From an uncultured Planctomycetia bacterium (GTDB taxonomy: Bacteria; Omnitrophota; Gorgyraeia; 1-14-0-20-64-10), in NCBI GenBank assembly GCA_964597545.1, contig CAZQXN010000011.1, forward strand, positions 1 to 60,268: DNA of 60,268 nucleotides, written 5' to 3'. The notes beneath the pieces were generated by a model. The model was given only the letters and a program-made list of their open reading frames with translations. It did not search any database and was not told the origin of the DNA. This document shows positions 33,736 to 40,674 of this stretch, piece after piece (the stretch's first letter is position 1; each line of letters starts with the position of its first letter). The translations under genes and the position numbers were made by a program.

Positions 33736-36700
33736 TCATCGCCACGCCCGGATCTTGAAGCGCCGCTTGGGGGAGCGGTTCCCCTTGGAGTCAACGGCTT
33801 CGAGAAAACCGCTGTAGACGCCCCGCTTTGGATACCGGTGCCAGGTCCCGTGCTGGGCAGTGCTTCGGCTTGTACCGTCTCCGAAGTCAATGTGATATCG
33901 GACAGAATCGCCATCCGGATCGATCGCCCGGAATCGAAAGAGCGCCCAGCGGCCAAAGCTGCGCACCCGGAAATGTTTGATCTCCGGAGGTCGATTTAGG
34001 GTAGGGCGGCGGAAGACGGTTACACGCGCTTTTTGTGAAGCGGAATACTCACCATCGCTCACTGAAAAAGTTACGGTGTGCTCCCCAATATCTCCTCTTC
34101 CGGGTTTGAGAATCACCAAAGCACGCCCTTCCCCAAAATCACGCAAGCGCATGAAACGGGGTAGATCTACTGCCGAGAAGGTCAGGGGGTCGCCATCCGG
34201 GTCGGAGGCCGAGATCACCTGGAAGTAGACCTGCCCTACCTGAATCTCTCGATTTGCAATGGGATTTAAGACCGGGGGGCGGTTAACAGGGTTGGTAACG
34301 GTAATGGCGAGCTTCTTTCGGTCGGCCAGACCGGCATCATCGAAGGCGTAGAAGAGAACTGTGTATTCTCCGGCCTGTCCAGGGTCTGGGGTCCAGGAGA
34401 AGCGTCCGGTTGGGCGATCAAAAGAAGCGCCCTCCGGAAGATCTCCTGCCCACAGATAGACGGGGTCTCCATCCGGGTCGGTGGCGGTGACGGTAAACTC
34501 CAGGGGTTCTCCCTCTTTGACCTCCTTGTCGCCGATGGGGTCTAAGACCGGGGGGCGGTTGACGTTCACCACGGTGATGTTGATGGTTTCTGAGTCGGAG
34601 AGGGGAGGAGTGATGCCACGAGGTGGCATGATGATGTCGTCGGGGGTACGGGGTGGAACAAGACCCGGGTTCGGCAGAGGCATGGGGTCCGGCACAGGGA
34701 TGGGGATTAAGTTAATTTCGGTGGCGGTAAATGTGACTCTGTAGAGGCCAGCTTGTGTGAAGTCGGGGGTCCAGGAGAAGAGGCCGGTTCTGGAAAAGGT
34801 GGCTCCGGCAGGAAGACCTTTTGCCCCCAGGAAGATGAGGCTGTCTGGATCGCTGGCTGTAACAGTGAAAGAGAGACGCTCTCCCTCCTTGACCTCCTTG
34901 TCGCCGATGGGATCTAAGACCGGGGGGCGGTTGACGTTATGGACGGTGATGTTGATGGTTTCTGAGGTGGAGAGGGGAGGGGTGATATCGCGAGGGGGCG
35001 CGTCGATTACCTCAGGGATGTCAGCCAGAATGGTGCCAGGACTCGGCAGAGGAGGAAAGGGATCCGGTACAGGGAGAAAAATCAGGCCGAGCTCGTTGGC
35101 AGTAAAGGTGACTTCGTAGGCGTCGGCCTGGGAGAAGTCCGGGGTCCAGTAGAAGCGGCCGCGGACGCCCATATATCCTTTATGCACGTCATAGACAGGA
35201 GTCCAATCGAAGGTAGCTCCTTCAGGAAGCTCCATGTTAATAAATTCGAGAAGGTCTCCATCCGGGTCGGTGGCGGTGACGGTAAACTCCAGGGGTTCTC
35301 CCTCCTTGACCTCCTTGTCGCCGATGGGATCTAAGACCGGGGGGCGGTTGACGTTATGGACGGTGATGTTGATGGTTTCTGAGGTGGAGAGGGGAGGGGT
35401 GATATCGTGAGAGGGAATGATGATGGATTCCCGCTCAAGGGGAAGCGGACCCGGCAAGGGGAATTCGGGGTCGATGGGATCAATGGGGAACAGGCCAAAT
35501 TCGGTGGCGTGGAAGGTGACTTTGTAGGCGTCGGCTTGGGTGAAGTCCGGGGTCCAGGAGAAGCGTCCGGTGGGGCGATCGAAAGAAGCGCCCTCCGGAA
35601 GATTTCCTGCCCGAAAGAAGATGGGGTCTTGATCCGGATCGGTGGCGGTGACGGTGAATTCCAGGGGCTCTCCTTCTTTAACCTCCTTGTCGCCGATGGG
35701 GTCTAAGACCGGGGGGCGGTTGACGTTATGGACGGTGATGGTGATGGTTTCTGAGTCGGGGAGGGGAAGAATGATAATGATAGGTTCCCGCTCGGGGGGA
35801 ATCGGACCCGGCAAGGGGAATTCGGGGTCGATGGGATCGATCGGGCTAAGATCGCTGGCGAAGAAGGTGACTTCGTAGGCGTCGGCTTGGGTGAAGTCGG
35901 GGGTCCAAGAGAAGAGGCCGGTTGGACGATCGAAAGAAGCGCCCTCCGGAAGATCTCCTATCCACAGATAGATGGGGTCTTGATCCGGATCACTGGCGGT
36001 GACGGTAAACTCCAGGGGTTCGCCCTCTTTGATCTCCTTGTCGCCGATGGGGTCAAGGATGGGGCGGCGGTTGACGTTGTGGACGGTGATGTTGATGGTT
36101 TCTGAGTTGACCAACTCGCCATCTGTTACTTCAAAATGGACACCATCGTAAAACCCTGATTGTTCATAGGTCGGTATCCAAGTGAAAGCGCGCGTATTCG
36201 GATCGAAATTGGCCCCTTCAGGCAGATTGCCGGCCGAGAAAATCAATTCATCCCCGTCAAGGTCTATAGCAGTCACCGTGAAAGCAAGGCTCTCTCCCTC
36301 GGGGACCGTCTTGTCGCCAATTGGACCCAACACCGGCCGTCTATTGGCAGGAACAGAGGGCGGAGCAAAAGCGTAGAAACCGGTCCGCTGGGGATCGTGG
36401 CGGAACATCGGCCACTCCATGCTGTCTTCTCTGTAGCTCTTTGGAAATTCCAGGACGCTGACATGTGTCACTCCCCATTCAGCGTTAAAGTGAGAGGTAT
36501 ATCGGAGGGTGACAAGATCCACCAACCCGTTGCCATCCAAGTCGGTAATGACCGTCTGACCTCCTTCGGGACCAACGATCTCCCTGGGTAACTTGATTGG
36601 GAATCCTTCTACAAGCGTTCCATCATGATGCCAGGCCTGCAGAAACGCCATGCCTCTATCCTCGGGGGGGATGTAGCTCTGGTTAGGCGCCGAAGACCCC

Positions 36701-39700
36701 AAGATCACTTCTTGATCTCCATCCGCATCTATATCTCCAACGACTACGCTGGTCTTCCCCGAACTGGGGAGCCGGATTAAACCGTGATAAGGGACAGGCC
36801 ATCCCGAAACAGGCGTTCCATCGTGATGCCAAGCGCCAACCGTTCCCGGTGAGTCCGGGAATTGGTCAAGGGTTGCTGCGAGGACTTCCAAGTCCCCGTC
36901 TCCGTCCAGATCAGCCGGCACAACCGCCTGGCCGATGAAGGCAGCTTTCTGCCCAGCAGGAGGAGGGATAAAGGTCATCTCCGAACCATTTTCCCGATAG
37001 AGATGGATTCCGGGCCCGGTGGAACGGCCGCCGGTCGTCATGATCTCTGAACGACCGTCGCCGTCTACATCTGCCATTGCCATCGGGGCTCCCCGGGAAA
37101 TATAGGAAACCTCAACAGGCCAACCGCTGTGAACCGACCCATCCGGCTCGAGGACAGTGATTCTCGAGTCGTTGCCCCCAAGCTCACTGAGGAACGCGAC
37201 CTCACCCAATCCATCTTTGTCGATGTCTCCCACCGCCGGATGGGAAGAGTAATAATCTAAATGATCGTCCAACACCGGCCAGCCGGGAAGCGGATCCCCT
37301 TGCCAGTCGTAGGCGCCGGCGAACTCCTGACTGGTCACCACAATTTCCAGCTGGCCATCCTGGTCGAGATCAGACAGGGAGGCGAAGGCCAGCCCCATCT
37401 CTGGATGAGCTATTGGAAAACCGGGCAGGAGAGTCCCATTGAGACGATAAGCATAGACCTTCGATTTCCCATAGCTGTCGGGGCCCGTGACAATGATCTC
37501 TTTGAGGCCGTCCTGATCAATGTCTCCCGCTGCCGCTGAGTTGAGTCCATTTCCTGAGGAGGGGGTTGGATTCACAGGCCAGCCAGGTAACATTTGTCCG
37601 GTCGAATCGAGGACAGCAAGCTTTCCGGGGTTCTCCCCGGGAAAGCTTACTCCGATCAAAACAATCTCTTTCGTTCCATTATTATCCAAGTCGTCGACAA
37701 GCTGCGGACGGAGAGCATTGACCCCCTCAATCCGTGACACCCACTTCAGGTATCGGGTGACGACGAGAAGCTCAAAGGAATGGTTCAGGGTGTACCCCGC
37801 GTTCGTCTCAACGTTCAGATTAAAGGGGATGGAGTCGACGCTGTCAGGGATATCCTCCAAGACCTGGATAGAAAAGGGATTCTCCTCGTTCGTTGTCGCA
37901 TCCGACCAACCCAAATCCCCTAGAGAAGAAAAGCTCTCCTTAAGGATAACGTAGGGACTGGAACTGGTCAGGGTTGCTTTGATGCCCTGAGCGGGGATGC
38001 CGCGGTTGGCCAAAGAAAAATGGACTGCCACCGTCGCCCCTGCCTGAAGAGGGTTATCCGGTTCAATCTGAGTGACTCTTAGAACAGGATGGGGCGTTGC
38101 GGTCAACGCCTGGTAGGCATTCACCCTGCCGCCTCCCAAAAAGCCCTCGAAGCCGGGGTTGGTTTCATCGATGTTATCCGCCGTGGAGGCAAGCGTCCCG
38201 GCAATCTTCCCATTCGAAGCGGTTGAATCGTTGCCAATCAGAAGAGCGGCCAAGCCGGCCAGGTGGGGACAGGCCATGGAGGTACCGTTAAGCAGCCGAT
38301 ACCCCGAGGGGTCCCCCAAACCGCCCGAAGGGGGAACGGTTGAAAGGATGCCAACACCAGGAGCAGCCACATCGACCCACGACCCATAGCTGGAGAAGGA
38401 GGCCTTTTGATCTTGAGAATCGGTAGCGGCAACCGACATCATTCTCTGATAACCGGCTGGATAATGGACGCTGGAAGAATTGGAATTCCCCGCGGAGGCA
38501 ACCAGGAAGACTCCTTGGGCGTAAGCGTCTGCGATGGCTCCATTGAGTGTTTCGGAAAAACCGCCACCGCCCCAACTGTTGGAGATGACATCTGCCCCCT
38601 GATCAACCGCATAACGGATCGAGGCAACCGCTCCTGCCAACCCACCATATCCCGTCGAGCTTAAGAACTTTACCGCCATGATCTTGCAATCCCAAGCCGC
38701 TCCTGCGACGCCTGTGCTGTTGTTGGTCGCTGCCGCCGCGATACCGGCGCAGTGGGTGCCGTGGCCGTAATCATCAAACGGATCTCCATCGTAGTTGTAA
38801 AAATCATAGCCATAGACATCGTCCACATAGCCGTTGCCGTCGTCGTCGATGCCGTTACCGGGGGTTTCACCGGAATTGGCCCACATATTGGCAGCCAGAT
38901 CCTCATGACCGTAATGCACACCTGTATCCACGATGGCAATCACCACATCGCTGGAGCCGGTGGTGATGTCCCAGGCTCGTTCTGCTTGAACTTTCGTGTG
39001 CGCCCATTGTTCACGGTAACGGGCGTCGTTGGGTACGAGAAAAGCACGAATGACGTGGTCGGGCTCCGCATATTCTACTGCAGCGCTCGCTTCGTAAGCT
39101 GCCACTACGGAAGGAACGCCGTCCGAAGCATCGAATTCAAGTAGATACGTCTGATCCAAGGCAACAGGAGCGACGCCCCCCGGTGCGCGTTGCTGGCGGC
39201 GTTCCAGGCGGGCAATCAGCTCCTCTTGGGCTTGGATCTGTTGATCTATTTTGACTCTTTCCGCTTCGATTTTGGCCTGGTACTCCCGGTGCTCTTTGGA
39301 ATCTTTGTCCTTCCACCAATACCAGCGGGAATGGGTCGTTGAACCCAGTCGGGCGCGCTTCTGTTTGAGGGCTTCCAAACGCTCTTGGGGGGTGAGATGT
39401 TTGGGGAAAAGATCCTGAACCGAGGTGACGCCGAAACGCTGGTTGAGGGGTTCGAGGTCTGCCAGGGCAGCACCCGTCTTGAGCTTGACGATGATCCGGC
39501 CGGGGGTGTAGTCCGGCTCGGCTTCCTGGGTTGGGTCCGCAGGGTGATCCGCATCCAAGTGGTAAGGGGGGCTCTCCGCGGGAATCTGAGTTGACTCTGG
39601 TTCATCTAAGACCACGCCGGAAGCGGGAATCTGGGCCATCAGAAAGGCAAGGATAAAGGCGGAAAAGATGCCGAGTGGACCAATTCTAAGCATTTTTTTC

Positions 39701-39702
39701 AT
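33736..39702 (-). CDS. 1988-aa secreted multidomain subtilisin (S8): propeptide, S8 catalytic domain, FG-GAP/VCBS repeats, seven Ig-like (He_PIG / cadherin-like) repeats with Pro-rich linkers, and a conserved C-terminal module
   Basis: Signal peptide MKKMLRIGPLGIFSAFILAFLMAQIPASG. Triad contexts AIVDTGVHYGHEDL, GHGTHCAGIAAA and GTSMACPHLAGLAALL. FG-GAP-type motifs GDIDQDGLKEI, SDLDQDGQLEI, GDIDKDGLGEV and ADVDGDGRSEI. Seven repeats of NRPPVLDPIGDKEVKEGEPLEFTVTATDPDGD...FSWTPDFTQA..Y.VTF. Confidence 0.88.
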   Translation of the reverse strand: MKKMLRIGPLGIFSAFILAFLMAQIPASGVVLDEPESTQIPAESPPYHLDADHPADPTQEAEPDYTPGRIIVKLKTGAALADLEPLNQRFGVTSVQDLFPKHLTPQERLEALKQKRARLGSTTHSRWYWWKDKDSKEHREYQAKIEAERVKIDQQIQAQEELIARLERRQQRAPGGVAPVALDQTYLLEFDASDGVPSVVAAYEASAAVEYAEPDHVIRAFLVPNDARYREQWAHTKVQAERAWDITTGSSDVVIAIVDTGVHYGHEDLAANMWANSGETPGNGIDDDGNGYVDDVYGYDFYNYDGDPFDDYGHGTHCAGIAAAATNNSTGVAGAAWDCKIMAVKFLSSTGYGGLAGAVASIRYAVDQGADVISNSWGGGGFSETLNGAIADAYAQGVFLVASAGNSNSSSVHYPAGYQRMMSVAATDSQDQKASFSSYGSWVDVAAPGVGILSTVPPSGGLGDPSGYRLLNGTSMACPHLAGLAALLIGNDSTASNGKIAGTLASTADNIDETNPGFEGFLGGGRVNAYQALTATPHPVLRVTQIEPDNPLQAGATVAVHFSLANRGIPAQGIKATLTSSSPYVILKESFSSLGDLGWSDATTNEENPFSIQVLEDIPDSVDSIPFNLNVETNAGYTLNHSFELLVVTRYLKWVSRIEGVNALRPQLVDDLDNNGTKEIVLIGVSFPGENPGKLAVLDSTGQMLPGWPVNPTPSSGNGLNSAAAGDIDQDGLKEIIVTGPDSYGKSKVYAYRLNGTLLPGFPIAHPEMGLAFASLSDLDQDGQLEIVVTSQEFAGAYDWQGDPLPGWPVLDDHLDYYSSHPAVGDIDKDGLGEVAFLSELGGNDSRITVLEPDGSVHSGWPVEVSYISRGAPMAMADVDGDGRSEIMTTGGRSTGPGIHLYRENGSEMTFIPPPAGQKAAFIGQAVVPADLDGDGDLEVLAATLDQFPDSPGTVGAWHHDGTPVSGWPVPYHGLIRLPSSGKTSVVVGDIDADGDQEVILGSSAPNQSYIPPEDRGMAFLQAWHHDGTLVEGFPIKLPREIVGPEGGQTVITDLDGNGLVDLVTLRYTSHFNAEWGVTHVSVLEFPKSYREDSMEWPMFRHDPQRTGFYAFAPPSVPANRRPVLGPIGDKTVPEGESLAFTVTAIDLDGDELIFSAGNLPEGANFDPNTRAFTWIPTYEQSGFYDGVHFEVTDGELVNSETINITVHNVNRRPILDPIGDKEIKEGEPLEFTVTASDPDQDPIYLWIGDLPEGASFDRPTGLFSWTPDFTQADAYEVTFFASDLSPIDPIDPEFPLPGPIPPEREPIIIILPLPDSETITITVHNVNRPPVLDPIGDKEVKEGEPLEFTVTATDPDQDPIFFRAGNLPEGASFDRPTGRFSWTPDFTQADAYKVTFHATEFGLFPIDPIDPEFPLPGPLPLERESIIIPSHDITPPLSTSETINITVHNVNRPPVLDPIGDKEVKEGEPLEFTVTATDPDGDLLEFINMELPEGATFDWTPVYDVHKGYMGVRGRFYWTPDFSQADAYEVTFTANELGLIFLPVPDPFPPLPSPGTILADIPEVIDAPPRDITPPLSTSETINITVHNVNRPPVLDPIGDKEVKEGERLSFTVTASDPDSLIFLGAKGLPAGATFSRTGLFSWTPDFTQAGLYRVTFTATEINLIPIPVPDPMPLPNPGLVPPRTPDDIIMPPRGITPPLSDSETINITVVNVNRPPVLDPIGDKEVKEGEPLEFTVTATDPDGDPVYLWAGDLPEGASFDRPTGRFSWTPDPGQAGEYTVLFYAFDDAGLADRKKLAITVTNPVNRPPVLNPIANREIQVGQVYFQVISASDPDGDPLTFSAVDLPRFMRLRDFGEGRALVILKPGRGDIGEHTVTFSVSDGEYSASQKARVTVFRRPTLNRPPEIKHFRVRSFGRWALFRFRAIDPDGDSVRYHIDFGDGTSRSTAQHGTWHRYPKRGVYSGFLEAVDSKGNRSPKRRFKIRAWR
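34881..34990. repeat. 110-nt perfect direct repeat, copy 1 (inside the Ig-like array)
   Basis: ctccctccttgacctccttgtcgccgatgggatctaagaccggggggcggttgacgttatggacggtgatgttgatggtttctgaggtggagaggggaggggtgatatcg is identical to 35298-35407. Confidence 0.9.
35298..35407. repeat. 110-nt perfect direct repeat, copy 2
   Basis: Identical to 34881-34990, offset by 417 nt (in frame). Confidence 0.9.
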
Positions 39703-39750
39703 CTAAGCGTAACCCCCTGCTACACTCTGTCAATCGCTCAAAGATCTGGT

Positions 39751-39788
39751 GAAATAAAAAATGCCCGGCTGCCCTTTGGCAGCCCGGC
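39751..39788 (-). terminator. Intrinsic terminator inside the 5' leader of the 1988-aa S8 gene; its 5' arm overlaps the aptamer 3' strand
   Basis: Reverse strand GCCGGGCUGCC-AAAG-GGCAGCCGGGC (one internal mismatch or bulge) followed by AUUUUUUAUUUC. Confidence 0.75.
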
Positions 39789-39860
39789 GGTCTCTAAGAT
39801 CACTGGATCCGTGGCGTTGCGTCCCGCCCTTGCAGGCGGTTTGCCTTTATCGGGGTACCG
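39778..39860 (-). promoter_or_regulatory. c-di-GMP-I (GEMM-I) riboswitch aptamer, leader of the 1988-aa S8 gene
   Basis: Reverse strand AUAAAGGCAAACC-GCCU-GCAA-GGGC-GGGACGCAACGCC-ACGGAUCC...GCCGGGCUGCC. The GGCAAACC / GNRA-capped hairpin / GGGACGCAA-GCC core matches the Vc2-type consensus almost position for position. Confidence 0.8.
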
Positions 39861-39874
39861 AATCTCTTATTATA

Positions 39875-39903
39875 AGAATACACGGTACGCTCAAGCATGT
39901 CAA
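39875..39903 (-). promoter_or_regulatory. Sigma70-type promoter of the 1988-aa S8 gene
   Basis: Reverse strand TTGACA (39903-39898), 17 nt, TATTCT (39880-39875). Confidence 0.6.
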
Positions 39904-39991
39904 GACCGCACGCTTAAAACTGCGTTACTACTAACCGTTCCTTGGTAGTTTCCAAGTCGTAGCGCACAAGAACTGCGGGCGTTAGGCAACC

Positions 39992-40672
39992 TCAGAGGGA
40001 ACCGAGGAACTTGTAGCCGACGTTTCGGACGGTATCGATGAGGGCGGTGTGCTGCGGGCCCAGCTTTAAGCGCAGGCGGCGGATGTGGACGTCCACGGTC
40101 CGGGTACCGCCAATGAAATCATAGCCCCAAACCTGGTTTAAGAGTTGATCCCGGCTGAAAACTCGGTTGGGATGGGTAGCTAGAAACTTAAAGAGCTCAA
40201 ACTCCTTGTAGGTCAGCTCCAGGGGTTTTCCGTCTAAGAGCACCTCATATTGATCGGCATTGAGCTCCAGGGTGCCGAATCGCACACCGGCTCCGGGAGA
40301 GAGGTGGTTGAGGCGCTTTAAGAGGAACTTCAGCCGCGCTTCAATGACCCCAGCATCAGCCGGGAGAACCAAGAAATCCTCAAGCCCAACAACCGTCTCG
40401 AGCTCATGAAGCTGCCCTGCTTCAATCAGGACCATGAGAGGAAGGTCCTTTACCGTTTCTTGATCGCGGATCTCAGCCACCATGGTCGAGAGGCGTCCTG
40501 CCCCGCTCGCATCCAGGACTCCTAAGACAAAACGGGATTTTGAGCTTTCCAGGCGGTCCAAATCCGTAAGCTCACAAGCGGTCACATTGAAACCCCGCTT
40601 GACCAACTGGCCCTTTAAGCGTTTGAGTGGCGCCGCTTCGGATCCAACCAAAAGGAGTGATTCCATGGGCAA
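39992..40672 (-). CDS. OmpR/PhoB-family winged-helix regulator with a degenerate (pseudo-)receiver domain
   Basis: 226 aa. The C-terminal LTYKEFELFKFLATHPNRVFSRDQLLNQVWGYDFIGGTRTVDVHIRRLRLKL is a canonical OmpR-type wHTH. The receiver has LLLVGSEAAP in place of the acidic DD/DE pocket and LVLP where the conserved Lys-Pro is expected. An Asp is retained in VLGVLDASG. No cognate kinase is present in the window. Confidence 0.8.
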   Translation of the reverse strand: MPMESLLLVGSEAAPLKRLKGQLVKRGFNVTACELTDLDRLESSKSRFVLGVLDASGAGRLSTMVAEIRDQETVKDLPLMVLIEAGQLHELETVVGLEDFLVLPADAGVIEARLKFLLKRLNHLSPGAGVRFGTLELNADQYEVLLDGKPLELTYKEFELFKFLATHPNRVFSRDQLLNQVWGYDFIGGTRTVDVHIRRLRLKLGPQHTALIDTVRNVGYKFLGSL

Positions 40673-40674
40673 CC

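Larger units (their letters stand above)
33997..36360 (-). repeat. Tandem array of seven coding Ig-like repeats (variable period about 275-420 nt)
   Basis: The core ccttgtcgccgatggg-tctaagaccggggggcggttgacgtt recurs at about 34532, 34893, 35313, 35685 and 36036, with a degenerate copy at about 36310. All copies are in frame inside the 1988-aa ORF. Confidence 0.85.

Noticed and set aside
33997-36360. A regularly spaced repeat array that could be mistaken for a CRISPR locus
   Set aside because: The repeats are in frame within one ORF and encode Ig-like domains. The period is variable (about 275-420 nt) and there are no short unique spacers. No cas genes are present. I found no CRISPR array anywhere in the window.
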